Assembly (NCBI GenBank): GCA_000708835.1
Contig: DF237065.1
Span: 1-64,000 of the forward strand
Direction of reading: 5' to 3'
Source of the DNA: Klebsormidium nitens
Taxonomy: Eukaryota; Plantae; Klebsormidiophyceae
Length of the DNA: 64,000 bases
The notes below the pieces were generated by a model. It had not been told where the DNA came from and did no database searches. It was given only the letters and a program-made list of their open reading frames with translations. Numbering within the stretch: position 1 is the stretch's first letter; each line of letters starts with the position of its first letter. Below, one piece after another: positions 49,901 to 61,500 of this stretch. A program made the translations under genes and the position numbers.

Positions 49901-52900
49901 AACTTCTGATGGTGTTTGAACATCTTCTGATGGTGTTTGAGCGATTCTTCCTTGTTCTCTTTTCCTTCTGCGCACGGACCTAGCTCAAACCTCCCCTCGT
50001 TTCCTGGTTCAACCGATTCGTCGTCGTTTTCAGGTCAGATACGACAGTAGACTCAAGAGGCGCTGGTTTCCTCGGTCTATACCCGTGAAAGTATTGACCA
50101 GGACCAGAAGCTTAATTGCCAGAAGAAGGAAACTTTCAGAAACCTTTCGGTTGAAGGAAACCGGAAACTTCGGCTGAACTTTCCAAAAACCTTCAGACCA
50201 GATTTCACTCCGCAAAGACCCCATTCTAAGCCATATCGCTACGTGTCTTGTGCAGAACGACTCGGGAGGTCTTCCCGCGGCTCTTCCGATTCAAAAAGGA
50301 CAGCCGTGACGGGAGGAGCTGCTTTCTAGTCTCCTCTTGAATATTGACCCACTTCACTTTGCAGTTACTGACTGACTCGGCAAAGACCAAATCCTAATTG
50401 GCAAAGAACCAATTCTAATACTACGTTTGTTCTGCAGAGACGACACGGGAGGTCCTCCCGCGGCTCTTCCAAGTCAAGTACGACAGCGGCGTACAGGAAG
50501 AGCTGCTCTATGTTGACATCCCGAACGAGTACATGCTCGCGTCGGGGGTGCACGTTCTGGAGTACCACCGAGTGGTTCAGGAGTCGGTGTTTGAGCAGCT
50601 GCGGGTTGTGCGCCAGGGGCAGCTGCGGATCGTGTTTTCGACAGACGTCAAGGTTGGTTTCAGGGCTTTAAGGTTTTTGGGGTTATGGGAATATAGTGAA
50701 TTTTGAGGTTTGCGGGTTTCTGTTATCTTGGGCGATAGGAATCTGATTTCTAGGGTCAATTTTGAGCAGCTGCGGGTTGTGCGCCAGGGGCAGCTGCGGA
50801 TCGTGTTTTCGACAGACGTGAAGGTGGGTTTCGAGGATTGGGTCACTTCAGGCACTACGATGTCAGGATGCTATGGTCTTAAGAATATCTGGGTGCTGAA
50901 AATCTGACTCGAGGGTTTAAGCAGCTGCGGATGTGCGACAGGGGCAGCTGCGGATCGTAGTTTCGACAGATGTGAAGGTGGGTTAATAAAATTGGGGTTT
51001 AGCCATTTTGGATACACGGATTCCAGCATTGTAGGGTGTTAGGACTCTCGGGTTTGGGAGTTTTGACCCGAAGGTCTCTCTTTGAGCAGCGGGTTGTGCG
51101 GCAGGACAGCTGCGAACTCTGTTTTCGACAGACGTGAGAAATGGGCATGCAGCTTTGTGGGCTTTGTGTTCTCGGGGAAGGTGTTCTCGACGGATGTGGA
51201 CTGGGCTTCTGAGTTTGCAATATCTGAGTTGTTTTCAACCCTCTATGCCACGCAAATCAGGTTGTTGAAATTTTGCATGGGCATAAGGAGAACGTCCGAC
51301 TTTGCGCTCTCGTTTCGCAGGCCGCCGAGCTGGTTTTGCTCGGCGCCAAGCACATCCTGCACTCCGCGAAACTTCATATTCTCGCAGATTTTGCCCTACG
51401 ATTCTATTGTGCATGGGCACGAGGAGCACGTCTTGCGCCGCGCTCCTCTTGCGGGCCGGCGAGCTGGCACCTTTTGGTGCCAAGTATAATGCACGCTACT
51501 CAAAATTCTTCGAATCTGCAACCCCGATCCCTAACGTTCTCACGCGTGTATTTTGCGCAGATTTGTCGTGTGAGTTTTGCGCGCACGAGGAGCCGCCGCC
51601 CGCTCCTCTTGCAGGCCGCCGAGCTGGCGTTCCTTGGCGCCAAGCAAAGACCGCATTCGGCAAAACGCTAAAGATTCATTACCAAATCTCCAAGTTTCGC
51701 TTCTATGCAGATATTGTCGTGGGAGTTTTGTGCGCATGGGCACAAGGAGCACGTCCCGCGCCGGGCGCTCCTCTCGCAGGCCGCCGAGCTTGGCATCTTT
51801 GGCCGCCAAGCAAACCCTGCAATCCGCAATCCCCTCTTATTTGCACATGCGGAAATCTCACAACTCCGTTCTTGCAGATTCTGTCGTGGGAATTCTGCGC
51901 GCACGGGCACGAGGAGCACGTCCCGCGCCGGGCGCTCCTCTCGCAGGCCGCCGAGCTGGCGTTCCTGGGCGCGAAGCTGCAGGGCGAGGTGCGCACGCCG
52001 GAGGATCTGCAGGCGCACTGCAGTGCGTTGGCCGCAGTTACAAAGCAGCTGGCTTTGAACTTGGAGCAGCCAACAGTGAACGACCTGGGGTTCACCAAGC
52101 GCTACGTGCGCTGCCTGCAGGTAAGTTGCACTTGTGTTTCTAGTCCTTGGGGTTCGCTTCCTCAGGTGGTGAGATTTGAGCAAGCTTCAAGTGTAGTAGC
52201 GGGGAAGAGGACCTGGAATGGATCTGGAGCAGCTAATAGAGAACGACCTGGGGTTCAGCAAGCGATACGAGCGCTGCCTGCAGGTTAGAAACCTAGATGT
52301 GAACGTTCAAAACTTTCAGATGTGACTGTTTGTGATTTCCCAAGCCAGGCTTGCAAGCGTGGTGGCGAAATGAAGCAGCTGGCACTGAGCTCGCAGAACA
52401 TTGCGTGCAGGCTTTTCTTCTTGTTTCCGTCCCGGTTCGCCCCCCACTTCGCCCCTCCTCCCTTTGTTTGATGTTTTCACATCAGTCATCTTTCTTCGTT
52501 TCTTAGACAAAGTCTTCGTTTCTCTTAAGTGAGGCCAAAAACAAATTCCAAGATTCTGTGCGCCTTTCCGCCTGTAGATCTCCGAAGTGGTCGACAACAT
52601 GAAGGACCTGATTTCCTTCAACCGGGAGACCGGCCTGGGCCCCGTCGCGAGCCTGCGGGCCTACGCGGCACAGCACGAGAGCGCTCGTCCGGGGGGGTTA
52701 CAGGGCCTCCGGCAAGGGTCGGCGGAGGGGGGGGAGCATCCCCCCCCGTTCCGAGACAAAGCGCGCCCGACGCAGTCGCACAGCTTCTCGGCAGGGGTAA
52801 GAAAGCGCTGCTAGTGTTCTGGGGGGGAAGGAGGAAAAGTTCTTGTGCGGGAGGGGTGGGTGTGGAAGATTTTGAGCACCAACCTTGAGCAGGCACAAGC

Positions 52901-53842
52901 AAGCGTGGTTAGCTTTGCGAAGGGTGAGGGTTCTCTTTGAAGGGTGATCGAAAGCTATGGAGCTAGAGTCTCGAAACAGAGCTTTCTTGCAAGCAGGAGA
53001 AGCTGTGCTGTGGTCCTTCTGATCGGAAAAAAGCCGCTGATTCCCGTTGGGAGGGAAGAGGTCTGATATTTTTCAAGGAAAAAGCAGTCCGAGGGGCAAG
53101 GCATACGGATAGAGCATGCCTTCTCCGCAGGCAAAACAAAGAGTTGCTCTTGTGAAGGGCGCGCAAAACCCTCTTTCTCTCGTGGTTGATTTGGCTCTGT
53201 GCATCCGTCCAAAGTCTCCAAATCGGCGACTATCGGAGTACGAGCTGACTCGAGCGCTGTTGATCTTGAAGAGCGAGAGCGTAATACGGGGAAACGGCAA
53301 AGAACTTTGAAGTGAAACCAAGAGAAAGAAACCAAATGTTCCGGGGGGTCCTCATGCTTCACTATTTTCTGATATCTCTCCCCCGCTTCCGCAGGAGCCC
53401 GACCCCGAGACTGCGTTTCAGCAGTACGTCCAACAAAAGCTCGGCCGCTCGACGCTGCCCGAAGGCCCTGTCGCGCTGCGCACCCCGCTCGGCAACGTGG
53501 GCGGCCTCCAGCTGACGCCGTCAACGGGCCTCCCAACAGGGCCCGAATCTCTTGGGGGGGGGGGCTGATGGACCAGTTTTCGGCCGCCAGCATCTTGAGG
53601 GGCCCCGCAAAGCACGGGATTGAAATCCCGACCACGAGCGGGGGGGAGTTCCGGGGGGGAACGGGGGGGGCGGCGGGGAGTTCCGGGCGTCGGATCTGAA
53701 CGGGCTAACTAGTATGTCGCAGATACAGGCGCTGCTCATGGGGGACAACGACGAGGACGAACTAGACGTGGCGGCGTTGGGAGTGTCGGAACTGCCCTCC
53801 CCCGGAGCCCTGGACGAGTTCATGTTCCGGCTGCCCGGGTGA
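46929..53842 (+). CDS. SEU: SEUSS/SEUSS-like transcriptional co-repressor (LIM-domain-binding family); the last exon needs two +1 corrections in poly-G runs to reach stop 53840-53842
   Basis: Exons ~46929-47550, 48881-49557, 50438-50652, 51878-52120, 52578-52795, 53395-53842. Q-rich region followed by the LDB domain: CVRRLMQYMYHQRKRSADNSIEFWREFVAEYFAPGAKKRWCVS..EVWHCELCGADPGRGF|ETTREVLPRLF..QESVFEQLRVVRQGQLRIVFS..|ILSWEFCA..HEEHVPRR..NDLGFTKRYVRCLQ|ISEVVDNMKDLI. Confidence 0.93.
50653..51877 (+). repeat. SEUSS intron composed of 3-4 decayed copies of the upstream exon end/donor and 4 decayed copies of the downstream acceptor/exon start
   Basis: Donor-side units end at 50823, 50977, ~51138 and ~51200 (partial); acceptor-side AGs at ~51258, 51387, 51560 and 51710, against the true acceptor at 51877. 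Confidence 0.92.
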
Positions 53843-55567
53843 TCTCCCCGGGCGGATTCCGGCTCCGCTTTGAGGAGGCGGAGCAGCGCGAGGCGCGAGT
53901 AGTAGGCAAAGAGCGCGTCTCGGGCGGGGGCGGTTTTGCTCGCGGGGTGGAAAAGCCGATTTTCTGTTGCCCGGCTCTCTATCAGAGGGCAACATCAAGC
54001 CCCGCATGACGCAATCGTCCTTATCGAGCTTCCCGTCCTCGGGTGGACATGTCTAGTTTAGCCTGTCCCCTCGGGGGATCCCCCAAGTTGTGTTCAGCCT
54101 GGCCCGGGGGGATCCCCCGGGTGGCGGGTGTATCTTATGGGTGTGCCCGGGATGAAGACCTGGGAACGGGGCGGGTTAATATTAGCTTTACTGCCGAGGC
54201 GCGTTTTGGGTTGCGAGTGCACTTCCGTATTGTTCCCCCGATCTGACTTCCTTAAGGGTCTGCGCTGCGGCTGATAAGTTGCCAGCCTCCCGCTGTTTGT
54301 AGAAACGAGAACAGGATTTTGAAATTGGAGCCGTACTAGTTGGTGCATGGTACCTTTCCCGCTGACCAAGTGCTGATCACGCCGTTTAACCGTTGGTTAA
54401 CAGGGATAGGACCCCAGGCTTTGCGGCCATCGCGCACCCTGGCTTAGAGTAAAGTATCGAGTTCGGTCAAAGGTAGAGTCGCCGCGGCGCGCTTTAGACC
54501 ATCACGGTCAGTCGCTTGAGCACTTAGAATTGGTTATCGGGTAGACACGGATTGCACCAGTCTGAGATCCTTACGGTACAGATGTGAATAAACTAGGTTT
54601 TTGAGGATGACACCAGGTAGTGGCGAGAGAGAGACGCATGGTGCACTTGACCACGCAAAAACGCAAGATCAGAAGCGAGAATCAGCTCCGTACGTCCCAG
54701 CGAAAGACTGGTCATCCGACCGCAGTTCTCTGCATCTAACTTTTATGGTTCAAAAATTGCAATCGAGGTTTGATAGACTTGTGGAGCACACATTTAATTT
54801 TTAGATCCGATTTTCTGCCCCTGATCGACTCGAATGCATCCATGATGTTCAGGAACATGCCTCGACCTGTGTCACTCTTATCAACTCTTATATCAAGCAT
54901 GCAGGCTTTCACCAAAGTTAGCGGGCAATTTCGTACCAACTGGCCGCGTAATCGCACCGTATACGGGGTTCAATGTCTTCGACCCTCCCAATCCGGTAAT
55001 CCAACCAGGTCATATACCTGAGTTGGATCGCGAGCCGTATTGCAATTAGATGCATACTATACGCTTTGCCCGCTCGGGCGACGAGCCAGGCTTCATGCAC
55101 GCATTGCTTCGTGCATGCACATAATTGCACCTACACTCCGCGACACAGAAGAATTGCTGCATGCAACGTGTGCCAATACTAATGTTGGACACTTCGCGGC
55201 CATGCATGTACTCGCAGACTGCAATGATGGCGCTCAGCCTTGGCTCACCATATAATGAGCTCATGAGGGCACAGCTCCTTAGCACCGATCTCCCAAATAG
55301 AGTCGCTTGAGGTGGACTTCGTCGTATATTGGATTCTGTCGCATTGCATATAGGACGCAATGATCACAAGAAGATGTATGCTTTTCAATACATTCGATGT
55401 TTGAAGTTCGGTAGTCACGGTGAACTAGGACTGTCCTTGCCAACGCCATTCGCTATGGGTTGTCCGAACCACCTATCGCTTCTCAACACACCTGGTTGCG
55501 CATGCATCGAACAGACAGGGCGCCTCTATCAAACTTATCCAACGTGACGCATGGGCGACCCTAGCGC

Positions 55568-58500
55568 TTAGACGCACGGCATGTCCGTCGCCGACAACGC
55601 CCACTCCTTGGACGGGTACATCTTCGTTTTGAGCGACGGGTGGCCCCTTCCGTGCTCGGCGATCATGCGCGAGAAGGGCGGAATCGCGCGCAGAATGGAC
55701 GGAATTCCGTTCTCCGACGCTCCGCTGCGGCACGCGTCCAAAGAGGCCGCCACCTCCTCCGCGCTCGGGAGAGGGGACGAGAAGACGGCGTCGGGGAATT
55801 TCTGGATCTGCAAGAAACGTATTCAGGAGATAGTCAGATTGTGTGACACAGAGCGGAGGTCGAGGATACGGCGTCGTGGTATTTCTGGATTTGCAGGAAA
55901 TAGATGCAGGAGATGCTCCAGAGCTGCGACGCAGAGCGGAGAATCGCGAGGTCGACGTTTGAAAGTTCGGTACTCCTGAGATTCTCAGTGAGTGCGCGTG
56001 AAAGACCAGGCTTGAATGTCCATTGTTGGGTGTCCAATCTTCAGCACCCTACCAGTCAAGATCCGGCGGTACTAACTTTCTCCACGTGTGCTCGCAATCC
56101 ATTCGCTTACGAAGCAGATTCCACATTTTTTACCGCTTGATTAGAGGGTCCTTGAGTCTTTATAGGTCCCTTCTCAAACCAAGGGAGTGGTAACCTGCCT
56201 CAGAAAACCGTGTACTAAATTGACTGTGGAAAAGGAGAGCGGAAACTCGCCTGCTGACGGATGCTCTCGTCCCGGTGCTTGCGAAGGTACACCTTGTAAG
56301 GGGTGCCACCTGTGGCCGCCTCCTTGGCAGTCTTGCGCCCGATGTACAGGTCCGAATAGATAACGTGCATCGCGCTGCAGAATAGCACAACAGTCTCCGG
56401 TCAGATCGTATTGTTGCGAAGCTCCTACCGAAAGGCGTTTTACAAGCTCAATCCATCTTTCTCGATCAACAGTTGTCCTGGAGTGCAAGGGCAAGTCGAG
56501 TCCGTTGCAGATGTATTTCCGGCCGAGACATGTTCCGCGGTTTAGAAACGGCGCGTTTCTGGAACCCTACGGTTGGACTGGAACGTAAATAGAGACAAGA
56601 GGAGACCGGTGAGCGGCTCCTTTGGGGAATTGCCGATTGAAATCTCGGTGCAGCTTTCTGGGTAACAAAAAGTCCTGTTTTTGTCCCGCAACTCGCCTTA
56701 TCGAGGCGTCTCATGGAAAGATCTGAAGGAATTTCGTCAGGCAAGGTTGTCTGTTTGTAAATGCAAACGCTCGTCGTCTGGAACAGTCTGAAACGATTTT
56801 GGCTTTCTGTGCCTTCGCAGGGAGGTCCCGGCCCGGATTTCAAAGAAACTGTTTGGGAAAGTCAACCGAAAAATCCCTGGAACTTCAAAACGGAAAATGA
56901 CTGAACGCGCGAGAGGAAAGACTTGCGAAGGGTGCTCGACGTCTTCAATACGACGAAGGCACTCTTTCCTTCTCCTTTCCATCCAAATAAAGCTACAGAA
57001 CCGCTATCGAGTCTTCACCAAGAATCTACTAAGATAACTCATAAGAAACCCACAAGAATCTACTAAAAAACCCATAAGAAACCCACAAGAATCTACTAAG
57101 ATAACCCATAAGAAACCCACAAACGAATACTCACCGGAAGAGGTAGACAGCCATGACGCACTCGTTGAAAGTCGCCGCGAGCTCGCGCGACCCGCGCTCT
57201 TCCACGAGCGCGCGCAGGGCGTGCGCGCGGGTGACGTCAGCGCGCGGTTCGCTGACGTCATCGCCCCACATGGCGCGCCGCATGTCCTGGAGGTACCGCC
57301 GGTGCCCCGCGGGGCGGTAGTCTTCCAGCTCCTGAATGGGCAGAAAATCAAGGAGGGTTTTTGCGACTGAGACGAGAAATAATGATAGGGTTTCGTGAGG
57401 GAGTAAAAGGAGGTAATGAACTCTGTTGAAGGGCCAAAATAACGATATTCATTTGGAACGAGGAAAGGATTCACTTTGCCAACTGCATAGGAGCATTGAA
57501 GGGTCTTCAGAAACAGGACGTGAGACCCAAAGTGAAAGCAAAGTCCGTAAGATCAGAATACATGAGGTGAGGAGTTTAATTCCGGTATCGAGGTACGAGG
57601 GTCCCGACCCTGAGCATCTGAAAGTGTGCGTCATCCCCGGCAGCGCATTCACCACTGATTTTTTGAAAGGGTAATGTTTCTGCTGAAAGTCACATAGAAC
57701 ACCAAAAGCTTAAAGCTCAAAAGGTCAAAACCTTATCTCACCCTGAGCACCTGCCAGAGCGCGTCACGCGCGTGCTTGCTCCCCAGCACCGTTCATAACA
57801 TCAACGTTCTGCTGAAAGTCACCCGAATTCAAAATCAGAAACTCAGAAGCTCGGAAGTTTGAAAGTCTCCTCTCACCTTGAGCATTTGAAAGTGCGCGTC
57901 ATGCGCGTGCTCGACCCCCAGCAGCGGCTTTAATATCGAGACTGCCATCGTTCTACTAGAAGTCACAATATAAAATCTTTTTAAAAGGTTCAGAAATCCT
58001 AAAAACCTCATCTCACCTTGAGCATTTGGAAGAGCGCGTCATGCGCGTGCTCGATCCCCAGAAGCGCATCCAGCACGGGGATGATGTTGCTCTGCGCGCC
58101 GGTCTCGCCCCGCAGGAACTGGGGCTGGTTATCCAGAACCCCGTCGAAAACCACGCCGTCCGGGAAGTCCGGGTTGTTCTTGTAGCCGAAGATCCACGGC
58201 CGGACTTTGTCCACGTAGCACTCCGGGTCGGAGGCGTTGAACATCTGAAGGCCGCAGACCAATAGCCGCTGCGAGGAGGTGCGGAAAGGATTGGCTTCTG
58301 GAATTCATGCTTTGAGGAGAAGAGTAGAGTTTGTTAGCACCACAACATCATTAGCAAATGTCGTCAGCAAGTGAGTATGGACCGGGCTTTACGTTTTGAG
58401 CCAGCACACAAGCAGAAAGGTTTGCCTGGTTGATGCGAATCCATGACGGAATAAGAATGGACTATGGATTGGCGTTGATACTGTTGTAAGAGGTACAAGA

Positions 58501-61500
58501 TACCGCAATACGCACTAGAAAAGCCGCACGGGTCCAGGCAGATCGATCACTGAAGTTGGTGCGGTAAGCTGTAAATATTGAAGTACAACAGTTGAAAGAC
58601 CGACTTAAATTCCACAGCAGAGGACTATGTTTCTTGATCTTGAGAGGGACGGCCCCAAATTACGTCAGCATAAACGTCACCCATACTCACCTCCTGTACC
58701 TTGAGCAACTCCTTGAGCCCCTCCTCGCACGCGGCCACGTCAGCGGCCTTAACCGCCTCCTTAACCCGCTCGATAACCTCGATCATGCGCGGCGTGTTGT
58801 GCTCGATGATCGAGTGAATGAGAATGAAGGTCGCCTCCTCAGGACCCCCGTCGAACGAGCGGATGAGCCGGAGCTTGGTCCAGTCGCCCTCGGAGCCGTC
58901 CACCGAGTAGAAGTTGTTCAGGCAACTGAGAAAGGAAAGTGCCCGGTTGGTCAGGTCGGGGGTACACGGTAGGAGTTCGAAGGGGTGACAAAAAGGGATG
59001 TCATAGGAAAGTCGAAGGAAAGGGTTGCTTTACAAAGGGTGAGGACTTTATAGGAGGCACTGACAGAAGAACGAAGGGGTACCGAGAAAGAGCTATGCAA
59101 AATGGTGCGACCTCAACTTGAGTCCTTCAGGAACCGACGTGATTGTATGAAGGGAGCAGGAAATTGGGTCAGACCCTTCCGGAAGGCCGCAGAAGATGCA
59201 AATGCACAGATTGGCCATTCAGATTTTTCAACGTCATTCCAACCTCGCTATGCACTGCCTTCTCGCCTATCCAAAGAATACGCTTTGACTTCTTCAATCG
59301 TACACGATTGAAAGCACTCTGGAAAAAGGATGGCGACTCACTTAAAAAATTGGTGTGAAGGCCTCATGACAAGGCAAAGCCACAGGAGAACACAAAAGAC
59401 CCTGACGGAAGCGTCGTCCTCATGGCACTACAAATGGTTTCTCATCCATCTTCGCCCCAGAACAAAACGTGTCGGACGTCTATACACGAGACCACTGCCA
59501 GCGTCGAGCTTCGAAGCATGCTCAGTAATGAACGACAGGGCTGAGAACTATCATGGCACTCGATCACTAACAGGGACCGTTCCATGCTTAGTTGCCGATC
59601 CTTACAGTGCAGCCCCAGAGCAGACGTCCCATATCCAACAAGTAGCCCTCAAAATTGTTTCTAGAAGATGACTCGCTCACTACGAAGAGTACTCCATGAT
59701 CAGCTGCTGGTCGACGCGCTTCGCGGCAGCATAGAAAGGGCGCGCGAGGACCGCTGGGACGAGCGCGCGGGAATGGTTCTCCTTTTGCCGGCCCTCGGTG
59801 ATGTAAGCGGCGGTCAGGATGCTGAGGTCACGGTACACGGCCTGCAGAGGCGGAGGAGACACTTGCACTCGTCAGCAAAGCATATAAGGGGAGAAACACG
59901 GGGAAAGCATGTAGAGGGACAGTCTCAAAGAGTCGTCAGCATCAGAAATGAGGTGGATACATTAGTGCGGGAGGAAAAGGGAGCGAAGCGAGTCAGTGAC
60001 ATAGAGGGAAGAGGGAAGGAAGCGTTGCTCACTCAAGAAGGGGTGGGAATCTGTTTTCGAGAGGTAAAGGAAAGATTTCGACACGGGCAACTAGTGTGTC
60101 TCAGATGGGGCCTTCTAAACACATTATGCTGTCCTGTTACGGTGTCCTCCAAGCTTTCTGAAAGGACGATCCAAGTAACTCTCCTCTGAGTCGGACTTCG
60201 TATAAGGGTCCCATTTCATGTGAAGGCATGAGGCTGTCTGCTGCACCAAGATCCTCTAGCAAAGTACAAGCAGGGTCCGAGACTGGGATGCAAGTTCTAG
60301 CAACTCGCAATTTGAACGAAAAAATGGCTTCTATCAGGCAGACAGTTCGCCAGACCCCTCTCCTTTCAAACCCTCTCAATGTCCTATACCTTCCTGGATC
60401 TGGACATTTGAACGATGTATGAAGAGCCCCTTGATGTATTTCTCTAGCAGTTTCCCGGATCTGAAAGCGGGCCGGTTCACATACTTATGTCGCAGCTGGA
60501 TCTCTCCTTTTCTAGCAACCCTATGCAACCCTTTTATTTTGGGGCATGAGGATATGCTCACACCTCAACATGGAACACGAGCCCACTTCATGGACTCAAT
60601 CTGATAAGAACTAACGATGCACAATTAAGAACACCACCCCTCCTGTCTTTCCAATGAAGGATGCTATCGAGCATTTCACGGTCTGAATTAGCTTCCACCT
60701 CGCTAATCATAGTACTCCAAGAACTGGCTTCAATACAAGGCCTGAGGGAATGGCAAAGGACTTTTACGTTATACCTGAGCCAGCTGTGTATCTTCTTCCA
60801 CCTCAATGGCTGCTCGCCAGTCTTCAGCCACACTCTCAGGAATCGCAAGGACCTCTTTCTTCAGGGCATCAGGTGCAGCCTCCTTGAGAGCGATAGGGAT
60901 GCGCTGCATGATGGTCTCCAGCAGATCATACCTGAAATAGAAAAGGAATGATCAGGGGCGTTCAGAGAAGAAAACTGAAATCCCCAAAAAGTAGCTGCAA
61001 TGGACAGGGAGCATCACGAAGCTGTTTTGAGGATGACTTATTTTCACAATAGCTGACTCCAAAGTGAGCAAGAGTGTGTTGCAGGAATACAAGGGACGTT
61101 CCTCTGGAAAGGGCACCACTTGGTGAGAAGAAGGTACCGCCAAACAAGTACCAGGAAAGTTCCTGTTCTTCTTTTGATCTTCATAATCAGACGGCACAAG
61201 ATAACTTCTCAGGAACTACACGAAAGACCATAAGGCTTTCTGAAGAAAGCTCACAAAGCAAGAGGAGGACTACAGGAAGCAATTCACTGGAATAGGTAAT
61301 CAGGGATTGTAAAAGGTGGTGACATCCTGGGAGTTTGAAAGGTGGTGCACATGATTGCCCCCAATATTTCCGTGTGATGCGTATTGGCCTTTCCCCCAAC
61401 TTATTTATAGCTTCTGTCTTCTAACAGATCGAACAAGCTCTCCTTATCATGTAGAATATGAGCTCACCTGCCTGGAGGGAGCTGCCCTTGGCATCGAACA

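Noticed and set aside
51302-52288. 328-aa ORF with internal repeats
   Set aside because: It is read-through of the SEUSS acceptor echoes into true exon 4, not an independent gene.
55040-55300. CATGCA/RY-like motif enrichment between SEUSS and IDO
   Set aside because: Similar TGCA-rich texture appears in several intergenic and intronic stretches and lies downstream of both genes; no evidence of a specific regulatory role.
57019-57121. 33-34 bp direct repeats resembling a CRISPR array
   Set aside because: Repeats abut with no unique spacers, sit in a eukaryotic intron, and no cas genes are present; it is a minisatellite.
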